A stretch of DNA of 64,000 nucleotides from Squalus acanthias (taxonomy: Eukaryota): the NCBI GenBank assembly GCA_030390025.1, contig JASTWF010000356.1, forward strand, positions 248,001 to 312,000. The letters run 5' to 3'. Under the pieces are notes generated by a model. The model was not told the DNA's origin and ran no database searches. It was given only the letters and a program-made list of their open reading frames with translations. Position numbers and translations under genes: made by a program. Shown one piece after another: positions 33,641-48,600 of the stretch. The number at the start of each line of letters is the position of its first letter. The stretch's first letter is position 1.

Positions 33641-36600
33641 GTGGGTAACCTGGGGAGGATGGGCCCAGTGAGATCAGACAGTGTGTAACCCGGGGAGGAT
33701 GGGCCCAGTGAGGTCAGACAGTGTGTAATCGGGGGACGATGTACCCAGTGAGATCAGACAGTGTGTAAGCCGGGAGGATGGGCCCAGTGAGATCAGACAG
33801 TGTTTAACAGAGGGAGGATGGGCCCACTGAGATCAGACAGTGTGGAAACATGGGAGGATGGGCCCAGTGAGATCAGACAGTGTGTAACCCGGGGAGGATG
33901 GGCCCAGAGAGATCAGATAGTTTGTAACCCGGGGAGGATGGGTCCAGTGAGATCAGATAGTGTTTAAACCGGGGAGGATCGGCCCAGTCAGATCAGACAG
34001 TGTGGAACCTGGGGTGGCTGGGCCCAGTGAGATCAGACAGTGTTTAACCCGGGGAGGATGGGCACAGTGAAATCAGAAAGTGTTTAACAGAGGGAGGATG
34101 GGCCCAGTGAGATCTGACAGTGTGTAACCCGGGGAGGATGGGCATTTTGAGATCAGACAGTGAGTAACCCGTGGAGGATAGGCCCAGTGAGATCAGACAT
34201 TGTTTAACAGAGGGAGGATGGGCCCAGTGAGATTAGACAGTGGGTAACCTGGGGCGGATGGGCCCAGTGAAAACAGACGGAGTGTAAACCGGGGAGGTTG
34301 GGCCCAGCGAAATCAGACAGTGTGTAACGCGGGGAGTTTGGGCACAGTGAGATCAGACAGTGTGTAACCCGGGGAGGATGGGCCCAGTGAGATCAGAATG
34401 TGTTTAACCCGGGGAGGATGGGCCCAGTAAGATTAGACAGTTTGTAACCCGGGGAGGATAGGCCCAGTGAGATCAGACAGTTTTTAATCCGGGGGGGCGG
34501 GGGGCTGGGCCCAGTGAAATCAGACAGTGTGTAACCTGGGGAGGATGGGCTCAGGCAGTTCAGACAGTGCTTATCTCGGGGAGGATGGGACCAGTGTGAT
34601 CAGACAGTGTGTAACCCGGCGAGGATGGGCCCATGAGATCAGACACAGTGTAACATAGGGAGGATATGCCCAGTGAGATCAGACAATGAGTGACGCGAGA
34701 AGGATGGGCCCAGTGAGATCAGACAGTGTGTAACCCGTGAAAGATGGCCCAGTGAGATCAGACAGGTGTAACCCGGGGAGGATGAACCCAGTGTGATCTG
34801 ACAATGAGTAACGCGAGAAGGATGGGCCCAGTGAGATCAGGCAGTGTGCACCCTGGGGTGGATGGGCCCAGTGAGATCAGACAGCGTTTAACCCGGGGAG
34901 GATGGGCCCAGTGAGATCAGACAGTGTGTAACCCGGGGAGGATGGGCCCAGTGAGATCAGACAGTGTTTAACCCGGGGAGGATGGGCCCAGTAAGATCAG
35001 TCAGTGTGTAACCCGGGGAGGATAGGCCCAGTGAGATCAGACAGTTTGTAATCCGTGGGGTGCTGGGCCCAGTGAAATCAGACAGTGTGTAACATGGGTA
35101 TGATGGGCTCAGGGAGTTCAGACAGTGTTTATCTCGGGGAGGAAGGGACCAGTGTGATCAGACAGTGTTTAACCCGGCGAGATTGGGCCCATGAGATCAG
35201 ACACAGTGTAACCCAGGGAGGATGGGCGCAGTGAGATCAGACAATGTATAACGCGAGAAGGTTGGGCCCAGTGCGATCAGACAGTGTGTACCCTGTGGTG
35301 GATGGGCCCAGTGATATCCGACAGTGTGTAACCCGTGGAAGATGGCCCAGTGAGATCAGACAGTGTGTCATCCGGGGAGGATGGGCCCAGTGAGATCAGA
35401 CAGTGTGTAAGCCGGGGAGGATGGGCCCAGTGAGATCAGACAGTGTGTAACCTGGGGAGGATGGGGCCAGTGAAATCAGACAGTGAGCAACCCGTGGAGG
35501 ATGGGCCCAGTGAGATCAGGAAGTGTGTAACCCGGGGAGGTTGAACCCAGTGAGATCAGACAGTATTTATCCCGGGGAGGATGGGACCAGTGTGATCAGA
35601 CTTTGTGTAACCCGGGGAGGATGTAACCATTGAGATCAGACAGTGTTTAACCCTGGGAGGATGCGCCCAGTGAGACCAGACAGAGTGTAAACCGGTTGGA
35701 TGGGCCCAGTGATTTCAGACAGTATATAACCCGGGGAGGATGGTCCCAGTGAGATCAGAAAGTGTGGAAAACCGGGAGGATGAGCCCATTGAGATCAGAC
35801 AGTGTTTATCCCGAAAAGGGTTGGCCCAGTGAGATCAAACAGGGTATAGACCATGGAGGATGGGCCCAGCTAGATAAGACAGTGTGTGACCAGGGGAGAT
35901 TGGGCGCAGTGAGATCAGACAGAGTATAACCCGGGAAGGTTGGGCCCAGTGAGATCAGACAGTGTGTAACCCGGGGAGGATGGGCCCAGTGCGATCAGAC
36001 AGTGTGTAACCCGGGGAGGATGGTCCCAGTGAAATAAGACAGTGTGTAATCCGGAGAGGATGGGCCCAGTGAGATCAGACAGTTTTTAACCCTGGGAGGA
36101 TGCGCCCAGTGAGATCAGACAGTGTGTAACCCGAGGAGGATGTGCCCAGTGAGGTCCGATAGTGTTTAATCCTGGGAGGATGGGTCCAGTGATTAGACAG
36201 AGTATAACCCGGGGAGGATGGGCCCAATGAGATCAGACAGTGTGTAACCCGGTGAGGATGGACCCAGTGAAATCAGACACTGTGTAACCCGGCGAGTATT
36301 GGTTCAGTGTGATCAGACAGAGTGTAACCAAGGTAGAACGGGCCCAGTGAGATCAAATCTTCTGTAATCCCGGCAGAATGGGCCCAGTGAGATCAGAAGA
36401 GTGTAACTCGCGGAGGATGTGCACAGTGAATTCAAACATTCTGTAACGGGGGAGGATGGGCCCAATGAGAAAAGACAGTGTTTCACCCGGGGAGGATGGG
36501 CCCAGTGAAATCATCAGTGTGTAACCCGGGGAAGATGGGCCCAGTAAGATCAGACAGTGTGTAACCCGGTGAGGAAGGGCACAGTGAGATCAGACAGTGT

Positions 36601-39600
36601 GTAACCCGGGGAGGATGGGCATTGTGAGATCAGACAGTGTGTAACCCGGATACGATGGGCCCAGTGAGATCAGACAGAGTGTAACCCGGGGTGGATGGGC
36701 CCAGTGAGATCAGACAGTGTTTAACCAGGGGAAGATGGGCACAGTGTGATCAGACAGTGTGTAACAGGGAGGATGGGCCCAGTGAGATCAGGCAGTGAGT
36801 AACAGGGAGGATGGGTCCAGTGAGATCAGACAGTGTGTAACCCGGGGAGGATGGGCCCAGTGAGATCAGACAGTGTGTAACCCGGGGAGGATGGGCCCAG
36901 TGAGATCAGACAGTGTGTAACCCCGGGAGAATGGCCTCAGTGAAATCAGACAGTGTGCAATCGGTGGAGGATGGCCCCAGTGAAGTCAGACAGTGTGTAA
37001 CCGGGGGGGGATTGATCCAGTGAGATCTTTCAGTGTGTAACCCGGGGAAGATGGGCCCAGTGAGATCAGACAGTGTGTAACCCGGCCAAGATGGGCCCAG
37101 TGAAATCAGACAGTGTGTATCCCGGGGAGGATGGCTCCAGTGAGATCTTTCAGTGTGTAACCCGGGGAAGATGGGCCCAGTGAGATCAGACAGTGTGCAA
37201 CCCGGGGTGGATGGGCCCAGTGAGATCAGACAGTGTGTAACCCGGGTAGGTTGGTCCCAGTGAGATCAGACAGGATGTAAATGGTAGAGGATGTGCCCAG
37301 TGAGAACAGACAGTGTTTTACACGTGGAGGATGGGCCCAGTGAGATCAGACAGTGTGTAACCCGGGGAGGATGGGCCCAGTGAGATCAGATATTGCGTAA
37401 CCCGCGGAGCATTGGGCACAGTGAGATCAGACAGTGTGTAACCCAGGGAGGATGGGCCCAGTGAGAACAGACAGTGTTTAACCAGGGGAAGATGGGCACA
37501 GTGTGATCAGACAGTGTGTAACAGGGAGGATGGGCCCAGTGAGATCAGGCAGTGAGTAACAGGGAGGATGGGCCCAGTGAGATCAGACAGTATATAACCC
37601 GGGGAGGATGGGTCCATTGAGATCAGACAGTCTGTGACACGGGGAGGATGGGCCCAGTGAGATCAGACAGTGTGTAACCCAGGGAGGATGGGCCCAGTGA
37701 GATCAGACAGTGTGTAATCCGGTGAGGATGGACCCAGTGAAATCAAACAGTGTGTAACCCGGCGAGTACTGGTTCAGTGTGATCAGACAGTGTGTAACCA
37801 AGGGAGGATGGGCCCAGTGAGATCAAACCTTGTGTAACCCCGGCAGGATGGGCCCAGTGAGATCAGACAGAGTGCAACTCGCGGAGGATGTGCACAGTGA
37901 ATTCAAACATTGTGTAACAGGCGGAGGATGGGCCCAGTGAGATCCGACAGTGTGTAACCCGGGAGAATGGCCTCAGTGAAATCAGACAGTGTGTAACCCG
38001 GGGAGTAGGCCCTAGTGAAGTCAGACAGTGTGTAACCCGAGTAGGATGGTCCCAATGAGATCAGACAGTGTGTAAACGGGGAGGATGGCCCTTGTGAGAT
38101 CAGACTGTGTGTAACTTGGGGAGTATGGGCCCAGTGAGATCAGACAGAGTGTAACCCGGGGAGGATGGGCCCAGCGTGTTCAGTCAGTGTGTAACCCGGG
38201 ATAGGATGGGCCCAGTGAGATCAGACATTGTGTAACCCGGGGAGGATGGGCACACTGAGATCAGACAGGGTGTAACCCGGGGAGGATGGGCCCAGTGAGA
38301 TCAGTCAGTGTGTAACCCGGGGAGGATGGGCCCACTGAGATCAGACAGTGTGTAACCCGGGGAAGATGGGCACAGTGTGATTAGACAGAGTGTAACAGGG
38401 AGGATGGGCAGAGTGAGATCAGACAGCGTGTAACCCGGTGAGGATGGGCCCAGTGAAATCAGACAGTGTGTAACCTGGGGAGGATGGGCCCAACGTGTTC
38501 AGACAGTGTGTAACCCGGGATAGGATGGGCCCAGTGAGATCAGAAATTGTGTAACCCGCGGAGCATGGGCCCAGTGAGATCAGACAGTGTGTAACACGGG
38601 GAGGATGGGCCCACTGAGATCAGACAGTGTGTAACCCGGGGAAGATGGGTACAGTGTGATCAGACAGTGTGTAACAGGGAGGATGGGCGCAGTGAGATCA
38701 GGCAGTGAGTAACAGGGAGGATGGGCAGAGTGAGATCAGACAGTGTGTAACCCGGTGAGGATGGGCCCAGTGAAATCAGACAGTGTGTAACCTGGGGAGG
38801 ATGGGCCCAGTCAGATCAGACAGTGTGAATCCCGGGGAGGATGGGCCCAGTGTGATCAGACAGTGTGTAACACGGGGAGTATGGGCCCAGTCAGATCAGA
38901 CAGTCTGTAACCCGGGGACGATGGGCCCAGTGAGATCAGACAGTGTGCAACCCGGGGAGGATGGCCCAGTGAGATCAGACTGTGTGTAACTCGGGGAGGA
39001 TGGACCAAGTGAGATCAGACATTGTGTAACCCGTGGTGGATGGGCCCAGTGAGATCAGACAGTATGTAACCCGGGGAGGATGGGCCCAGTGAGATCAGAC
39101 AGTGTGTAACCCGGGAGGATGGGCCCAGTGAGATCAGACAGTGTATAACCCGGGGAGGATGAGCCCAATGTGGTCAGACAGTGTGTAACCTGGGTAGGAT
39201 GGGCCCTGTGAGATCAGACAGTGTGTAACCCGGGGAGGATGGGCCCAGTGAGATCAAACATTGTGTAACCCGCGGTTGATTGGCCCAGTGAGTTCAGACC
39301 TTGTGTAACCCGGGGAGGATGGGCCCAAAGCGATCAGACAGTGTGTAACCCGGGGAAGATACGCACAGTGTGATCAGACAGTGTGTAATAGGGAGGATGG
39401 GCCCAGTGAGATCAGGCAGTGAGTAATAGGGACGGTGGGCAGAGTGAGATCAGACAGTGTGTAACCCGGGGAGGATGGGGCCAGAGAGATCAGACAGTGT
39501 GTAAGCCTGGGAGGATGGGCCCAGTCAGATCAGACAGTGTGCAACTCGCGGAGGATGTGCACAGTGAATTCAAACATTGTGTAACAGGGGGAGGATGGGC

Positions 39601-42600
39601 CCAGTGAAATCAGACAGTGTGTAACCTGGGGAGGATGGGCCCAGTCAGATCAGACAGTCTGTAACCCGGGGACGATGGGCCCAGTGAGATCAGACAGTGT
39701 GCAACCCGGGGAGGATGGCCCAGTGAGATCAGACTGTGTGTAACCCGGGGAGGATGGACCAAGTGAGATCAGACATTGTGTAACCCGTGGTTGGATGGGC
39801 CCAGTGAGATCAGACAGTGTGTAACCCGGGGAGGATGGGCCCAGTGAGATCAGACAGTGTGTAACCCGGGAGGATGTGCCCAGTGAGATTCAGACAGTGT
39901 TTAACCCTGGGAGGATGGGTCCAGTGATCAGACAGAGTGTAACCCGGGGTGGATGGGCCCAATGAGATCAGACAGTGTGTAACCCGGTGAGGATGGACCC
40001 AGTGAAATCAGACAGTGTGTAACCCGGCGAGTATTGGTTCAGTGTGATCAGACAGTGTGTAACCAAGGGAGGATGGGCCCAGTGAGATCAAACCTTGTGT
40101 AACCCCGGCAGGATGGGCCCAGTGAGATCAGACAGAGTGCAACTCGCGGAGGATGTGCACAGTGAATTCAAACATTGTGTAACAGGGGGAGGATGGGCCC
40201 AGTGAGATCCGACAGTGTGTAACCCCGGGAGAATGGCCTCAGTGAAATCAGACAGTGTGTAACCCGGGGAGGATTGATCCAGGGTGATCAGACAGTGTGT
40301 AACACGGGGAGGATGGGCTCAGTGAGATCAGACAGTGTTTAATCCGGGGAGGATGGGGCCAGTGAGATCAGACAGTGTGTAACCCGAGTAGGATGGTCCC
40401 AATGAGATCAGACAGTGTGTAACCGGTGAGGATGGCCCTTGTGAGAACAGACTGTGTGTAACTTGGGGAGGATGGGCCCAGTGAGATCAGACAGAGTGTA
40501 ACCCGGGGAGGATGGGCCCAGCGTGCTCAGACAGTGTGTAACAGGGAGGATGGGCAGAGTGAGATCAGAAAGTGTGTAACCCGGGGAGGATGGGACAAGT
40601 GAAATCAGACAGTGTGTAACCTGGGGAGGATGGGCCCAGCGTGTTCAGACAGTGTGTAACCCGGGATAGGATGGGCCCAGTGAGATCAGACAGTGTGTAA
40701 CACGGGGAGGATGGGCCCACTGAGATCAGACAGTGTGTAACCCGGGGAAGATGGGCACAGTGTGATCAGACAGTGTGTAACAGGGAGGATGAGCAGAGTG
40801 AGATCAGACAGTGTGTAACCCGGTGAGGATGGGCCCAGTGAAATCAGACAGTGTGTAACCTGGGGAGGATGGGCCCAGTCAGATCAGACAGTGCGAATCC
40901 CGGGGAGGATGGGCCCAGTGTGATCAGACAGAGTGTAACCCGGGGAGGATGGGCTCAGCGTGTTCAGTCAGTGTGTAACCCGGGATAGGATGGGCCCAGT
41001 GAGATCAGACATTGTGTAACCCGGGGAGGATGGGCACACTGAGATCAGACAGTGTGTAACCCGGGGAGGATGGGCCCAGTGAGATCAGACAGTGTGTAAC
41101 CCGGGGAGGATGGGCCCACTGAGATCAGACAGTGTGTAACCCGGGGAAGATGGGCACAGTGTGATTAGACAGAGTGTAACAGGGAGGATGGGCAGAGTGA
41201 GATCAGACAGCGTGTAACCCGGTGAGGATGGGTCAGTGAAATCAGACAGTGTGTAACCTGGGGAGGATGGGCCCAACGTGTTCAGACAGTGTGTAACCCG
41301 GGATAGGATGGGCCCAGTGAGATCAGAAATTGTGTAACCCGCGGAGCATGGGCCCAGTGAGATCAGACAGTGTGTAACACGGGGAGGATGGGCCCACTGA
41401 GATCAGACAGTGTGTAACCCGGGGAAGATGGGTACAGTGTGATCAGACAGTGTGTAACAGGGAGGATGGGCGCAGTGAGATCAGGCAGTGAGTAACAGGG
41501 AGGATGGGCAGAGTGAGATCAGACAGTGTGTAACCCGGTGAGGATGGGCCCAGTGAAATCAGACAGTGTGTAACCTGGGGAGGATGGGCCCAGTCAGATC
41601 AGACAGTGTGAATCCCGGGGAGGATGGGCCCAGTGTGATCAGACAGTGTGTAACACGGGGAGTATGGGCCCAGTCAGATCAGACAGTCTGTAACCCGGGG
41701 ACGATGGGCCCAGTGAGATCAGACAGTGTGCAACCCGGGGAGGATGGCCCAGTGAGATCAGACTGTGTGTAACTCGGGGAGGATGGACCAAGTGAGATCA
41801 GACATTGTGTAACCCGTGGTGGATGGGCCCAGTGAGATCAGACAGTATGTAATCCGGGGAGGATGGGCCCAGTGAGATCAGACAGTGTGTAACCCGGGAG
41901 GATGGGCCCAGTGAGATCAGACAGTGTATAACCCGGGGAGGATGAGCCCAATGTGATCAGACAGTGTGTAACCTGGGTAGGATGGGCCCTGTGAGATCAG
42001 ACAGTGTGTAACCCGGGGAGGATGGGCCCAGTGAGATCAAACATTGTGTAACCCGCGGTTGATTGGCCCAGTGAGTTCAGACCTTGTGTAACCCGGGGAG
42101 GATGGGCCCAAAGCGATCAGACAGTGTGTAACCCGGGGAAGATACGCACAGTGTGATCAGACAGTGTGTAATAGGGAGGATGGGCCCAGTGAGATCAGGC
42201 AGTGAGTAATAGGGACGGTGGGCAGAGTGAGATCAGACAGTGTGTAACCCGGGGAGGATGGGGCCAGAGAGATCAGACAGTGTGTAAGCCTGGGAGGATG
42301 GGCCCAGTCAGATCAGACAGTGTGCAACTCGCGGAGGATGTGCACAGTGAATTCAAACATTGTGTAACAGGGGGAGGATGGGCCCAGTGAAATCAGACAG
42401 TGTGTAACCTGGGGAGGATGGGCCCAGTCAGATCAGACAGTCTGTAACCCGGGGACGATGGGCCCAGTGAGATCAGACAGTGTGCAACCCGGGGAGGATG
42501 GCCCAGTGAGATCAGACTGTGTGTAACCCGGGGAGGATGGACCAAGTGAGATCAGACATTGTGTAACCCGTGGTTGGATGGGCCCAGTGAGATCAGACAG

Positions 42601-45600
42601 TGTGTAACCCGGGGAGGATGGGCCCAGTGAGATCAGACAGTGTGTAACCCGGGAGGATGTGCCCAGTGAGATTCAGACAGTGTTTAACCCTGGGAGGATG
42701 GGTCCAGTGATCAGACAGAGTGTAACCCGGGGTGGATGGGCCCAATGAGATCAGACAGTGTGTAACCCGGTGAGGATGGACCCAGTGAAATCAGACAGTG
42801 TGTAACCCGGCGAGTATTGGTTCAGTGTGATCAGACAGTGTGTAACCAAGGGAGGATGGGCCCAGTGAGATCAAACCTTGTGTAACCCCGGCAGGATGGG
42901 CCCAGTGAGATCAGACAGAGTGCAACTCGCGGAGGATGTGCACAGTGAATTCAAACATTGTGTAACAGGGGGAGGATGGGCCCAGTGAGATCCGACAGTG
43001 TGTAACCCCGGGAGAATGGCCTCAGTGAAATCAGACAGTGTGTAACCCGGGGAGGATTGATCCAGGGTGATCAGACAGTGTGTAACACGGGGAGGATGGG
43101 CTCAGTGAGATCAGACAGTGTTTAATCCGGGGAGGATGGGGCCAGTGAGATCAGACAGTGTGTAACCCGAGTAGGATGGTCCCAATGAGATCAGACAGTG
43201 TGTAACCGGTGAGGATGGCCCTTGTGAGATCAGACTGTGTGTAACTTGGGGAGGATGGGCCCAGTGAGATCAGACAGAGTGTAACCCGGGGAGGATGGGC
43301 CCAGCGTGCTCAGACAGTGTGTAACAGGGAGGATGGGCAGAGTGAGATCAGAAAGTGTGTAACCCGGGGAGGATGGGACAAGTGAAATCAGACAGTGTGT
43401 AACCTGGGGAGGATGGGCCCAGCGTGTTCAGACAGTGTGTAACCCGGGATAGGATGGGCCCAGTGAGATCAGACAGTGTGTAACACGGGGAGGATGGGCC
43501 CACTGAGATCAGACAGTGTGTAACCCGGGGAAGATGGGCACAGTGTGATCAGACAGTCTGTAACAGGGAGGATGAGCAGAGTGAGATCAGACAGTGTGTA
43601 ACCCGGTGAGGATGGGCCCAGTGAAATCAGACAGTGTGTAACCTGGGGAGGATGGGCCCAGTCAGATCAGACAGTGCGAATCCCGGGGAGGATGGGCCCA
43701 GTGTGATCAGACAGTGTGTAACACGGGGAGTATGGGCCCAGTGAGATCAGACAGTCTGTAACCCGGGGACGATGGGCCCAGTGAGATCAGACAGTGTGCA
43801 ACCCGGGGAGGATGGCCCAGTGAGATCAGATTGTGTGTAACCCGGGGAGGATGGACCAAGTGAGATCAGACATTGTGTAACCCGTGGTGGAGGGGCCCAG
43901 TGAGATCAGACAGTGTGTAACCCGGGGAGGATGGGCCCAGTGAGATCAGACAGTGTGTAACCCGGGAGGATGTGCCCAGTGAGATCAGACAGTGTTTAAC
44001 CCTGGGAGGATGGGTCCAGTGATCAGACAGAGTGTAACCCGGGGTGGATGGGCCCAATGAGATCAGACAGTGTGTAACCCGGTGAGGATGGACCCAGTGA
44101 AATCAGACAGTGTGTAACCCGGCGAGTATTGCTTCAGTGTGATCAGACAGTGTGTAACCAAGGGAGGATGGGCCCAGTGAGATCAGACAGAGTGCATCTC
44201 GCGGAGGATGTGCACAGTGAATTCAAACATTGTGTAAAAGGGGGAGGATGGGCCCAGTGAGATCCGACAGTGTGTAACCCCGGGAGAATGGCCTCAGTGA
44301 AATCAGACAGTGTGTAACCCGGGGAGTAGGCCCCAGTGAAGTCAGACAGTGTGTAACCCGGGGAGGATTGATCCAGGGTGATCAGACAGTGTGTAACCCG
44401 GGGAGGATGGATCCAGTTCGATCAGTCAGTGTGTAACCGGGGAGGATGGGGCCAGTGAGATCAGACAGTGTTTAATCCGGGAAGGATGGGGCCAGTGAGA
44501 TCAGACAGTGTGTAACACGGGGAGGATGGGCTCAGTGAGATCAGACAGTGTTTAATCCGGGAAGGATGGGGCCAGTGAGATCAGACTGTGTGTAACCCGG
44601 GGAGGATGGGGCCAGTGAGATCAGACTGTGTGTAACCCGGGGAGGATGGGGCCAGTGAGATCAGACAGTGTTTAATCCGGGAAGGATGGGGCCAGTGAGA
44701 TCAGACAGTGTGTAACACGGGGAGGATGGGCTCAGTGAGATCAGACAGTGTTTAATCCGGGAAGGATGGGGCCAGTGAGATCAGACTGAGTGTAACCCGG
44801 GGAGGATGGGGCCAGTGAGATCAGACAGTGTGTAACCCGAGTAGGATGGTGCCAATGAGATCAGACAGTGTGTAACCGGGGAGGATGGCCCTTGTGAGAT
44901 CAGACTGTCTGTAACTTGGGGAGGATGGGCCCAGTTAGATCAGACAGAGTGTAACCCGGGGAGGATGGGCCCAGTGAGATCAGAAATTGTGTAACCCGCG
45001 GAGCATGGGCACAGTGTGATCAGACAGTGTGTAACAGGGAGGATGGGCGCAGTGAGATCAGGCAGTGAGTAACAGGGAGGATGGGCAGATTGAGATCAGA
45101 CAGTGTGTAACCCGGGGAGGATGGGCCCAGTGTGATCAGACAGTGTGTAACACGGGGAGTATGGGCCCAGTGAGATCAGACAGTCTGTAACCCGGGGACG
45201 ATGGGACCAGTGAGATCAGACAGTGTGTAACCCGGGAGGATGGGCCCAGTGAGATCAGACAGTGTATAACCCGGGGAGGATGGACCAAGTGAGATCAGAC
45301 ATTGTGTAACCCGTGGTGGATGGGCCCAGTGAGATCAGACAGTGTGTAACCCGGGGAGGATGGGCCCAGTGAGATCAGACAGTGTGTAACCCGGGAGGAT
45401 GGGCCCAGTGAGATCAGACAGTGTATAACCCGGGGAGGATGAGCCCAATGTGGTCAGACAGTGTATAACCTGGGTAGGATGGGCCCTGTGAGATCAGACA
45501 GTTTGTAACCCGGGGAGGATGGGCCCAGCGTCTTCAGACACTGTGTAACCCGGGGAGGATGGGCCCAGTCAGATCAAACATTGTGTAACCCGCGGCTGAT

Positions 45601-48600
45601 TGGCCCAGTGAGTTAAAACCGTGTGTAACCCGGGGAGTATGGGCCCAAAGCGATCAGACAGTGTGTAACCCGGTGAAGATAAGCACACTGTGATCAGACA
45701 GTGTGTAATAGGGAGGATGGGCCCAGTGAGATCAGGCAGTGAGTAAGAGGGAGGATGGGCAGAGTGAGATCAGACGGTGTGTAACCCGAGGAGGATGGGC
45801 CCAGAGAGATCAAACAGTGTGTAAGCCTGGGAGGATGGGCCCAGTCAGATCAGACAGTGTGTAACCCCGGGTGAATGTACTCAGTGACATCAGACAGTGT
45901 GTAACCCGGGGAGGATGGGGCCAGTGAGATCAGACAGTGTGTAACCCGGGGAGGATGGGGCCAGTGAGATCAGACAGTGTGTAACCCGGGGAGGATGGGC
46001 CCAGTGAGATCACACAGTGTGTAACCCGGGGAGGATGGGGCCAGTGAGATCAGACAGTGTGTAACCCGGGGAGGATGGGTCAGTGAGATCAGACAGTGTG
46101 TAACCCGAGTAGGATGGTCCCAATGAGATCAGACAGTGTGTAACCGGGGAGGATGGCCCTTGTGAGATCAGACTGTGTGTAACTTGAGGAGGATGGGCCC
46201 AGTGAGATCAGACAGAGTGTAACCCGGGGAGGATGGGCCAAGCGTGTTCAGACAGTGTGTAACCCGGAATAGGATGGGCCCAGTGAGATCAGACATTTTG
46301 TAACCCGCGGAGCATGGGCCCAGTGAGATCAGACAGTGTGTAACCCGGGGAGGATGGGCCCACTGAGATCAGACAGTGTGTAACCCGCGGAAGATGGGCA
46401 CAGTGTGATCAGACAGTGTGTAACAGGGAGGATGGGCGCAGTGAGATCAGGCAGTGAGTAACAGGGAGGATGGGCAGAGTGAGATCAGACAGTGTTTCAC
46501 CCGGTGAGGATGGGCCCAGTGAAATCAGACAGTGTGTAACCTTGGGAGGATGGGCCCAGTCAGATCAAACAGTGTGAATCCCGGGGAGGATGGACCCAGT
46601 GTGATCAGACAGTGTGTAACACGGGGAGTATGGGCCCAGTGAGATCAGACAGTCTGTAACCCGGGTACGATGGGCCCAGTGAGATCAGACAGTGTGCAAC
46701 CCGGGGAGGATGGCCCAGTGAGATCAGACTGTGTGTAACCCGGGGAGGATGGACCAAGTGAGATCACACATTGTGTAACCCGTGGTGGATGGGCCCAGTG
46801 AGATCAGACAGTGTGTTACCCGGGAGAATGGGCCCAGTGAGATCAGACAGTGTATAACCCGGGGAGGATGAGCCCAATGTGGTCAGACAGTGTGTAACCT
46901 GGGTAGGATGGGCCCTGTGAGATCAGACAGTGTGTAACCCGGGGAGGATGGGCCCAGCGTGTTCAGACAATGTGTAACCCGGGGAGGATGGGCCCAGTGA
47001 GATCAATCATTGTGTAACTCGCGGTTGATTGGCCCAGTGAGATCAGACCGTGTGAAACCCGGGGAGGATGGGCCTAAAGCGATCAGACAGTGTGTAACCC
47101 GGGGAAGATAAGCACAGTGTGATCAGACAGTGTGTAATAGGGAGGATGGGCCCAGTGAGATCAGGCAGTGAGTAAGAGGGAGGATGGGCAGAGTGAGATC
47201 AGACAGTGTGTAACCCGGGGAGGATGGGCCCAGAGAGATCAAACAGTGTGTAAGCCTGGGAGGATGGTCCAGTGAGATCAGACAGTGTGTAACCCCGGGT
47301 GAATGTACTCAGTGACATCAGACAGTGTGTAACCCGGGGAGGATGGGATCTGTGAGATAAGAGAGTGAATAGCCCGGGGAGGATGGGCCCAGTGAGATCA
47401 GACAGTGTGTAACACGGGCAGGATGGGCCCAGTGAGATCAGACAGTGTGTAACACGGGGAGGATGGTCCCAGTGAGATCAGACAGTGTGTAACCCGGAGA
47501 GGATGGTCCCAGTGAGATCAGACAGTGTGTAACCCGGGGAGGATGGGCCCAGTGAGATCAGACAGTGTGTAACACGGGGAGGATGGGCCCAGTGAGATCA
47601 GACAGTTTGTAACCCGGGGAGGATGGATCCAGTGAGATCAGACAGTGTGTAACCCGGGGAGGATGGGATCTGTGAGATAAGAGAGTGAATAGCCCGGGGA
47701 GGATGGGCCCAGTGAAATCAGACAGTGTGTAACCCGGCGAGTATTGCTTCAGTGTGATCAGACAGTGTGTAACCAAGGGAGGATGGGCCCAGTGAGATCA
47801 AACCTTGTGTAACCCCGGCAGGATGGGCCCAGTGAGATCAGACAGAGTGCATCTCGCGGAGGATGTGCACAGTGAATTCAAACATTGTGTAAAAGGGGGA
47901 GGATGGGCCCAGTGAGATCCGACAGTGTGTAACCCCGGGAGAATGGCCTCAGTGAAATCAGACAGTGTGTAACCCGGGGAGTAGGCCCCAGTGAAGTCAG
48001 ACAGTGTGTAACCCGGGGAGGATTGATCCAGGGTGATCAGACAGTGTGTAACCCGGGGAGGATGGATCCAGTTCGATCAGTCAGTGTGTAACCCGGGGAG
48101 GATGGGGCCAGTGAGATCAGACAGTGTTTAATCCGGGAAGGATGGGGCCAGTGAGATCAGACAGTGTGTAACACGGGGAGGATGGGCTCAGTGAGATCAG
48201 ACAGTGTTTAATCCGGGAAGGATGGGGCCAGTGAGATCAGACTGTGTGTAACCCGGGGAGGATGGGGCCAGTGAGATCAGACTGTGTGTAACCCGGGGAG
48301 GATGGGGCCAGTGAGATCAGACAGTGTTTAATCCGGGAAGGATGGGGCCAGTGAGATCAGACAGTGTGTAACACGGGGAGGATGGGCTCAGTGAGATCAG
48401 ACAGTGTTTAATCCGGGAAGGATGGGGCCAGTGAGATCAGACTGTGTGTAACCCGGGGAGGATGGGGCCAGTGAGATCAGACAGTGTGTAACCCGAGTAG
48501 GATGGTGCCAATGAGATCAGACAGTGTGTAACCGGGGAGGATGGCCCTTGTGAGATCAGACTGTCTGTAACTTGGGGAGGATGGGCCCAGTTAGATCAGA

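Larger units (their letters stand above)
26344..38040 (+). repeat. Segmental duplication copy B
   Basis: Offset 26343 through the non-satellite sequence. Satellite variants of array 1 recur in roughly the same order (8421/35807 'ccgaaaagggttggccc', 9250/37271 'caggatgtaaatggtagagg', 11215/38003 'gagtaggccc'). Confidence 0.95.
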
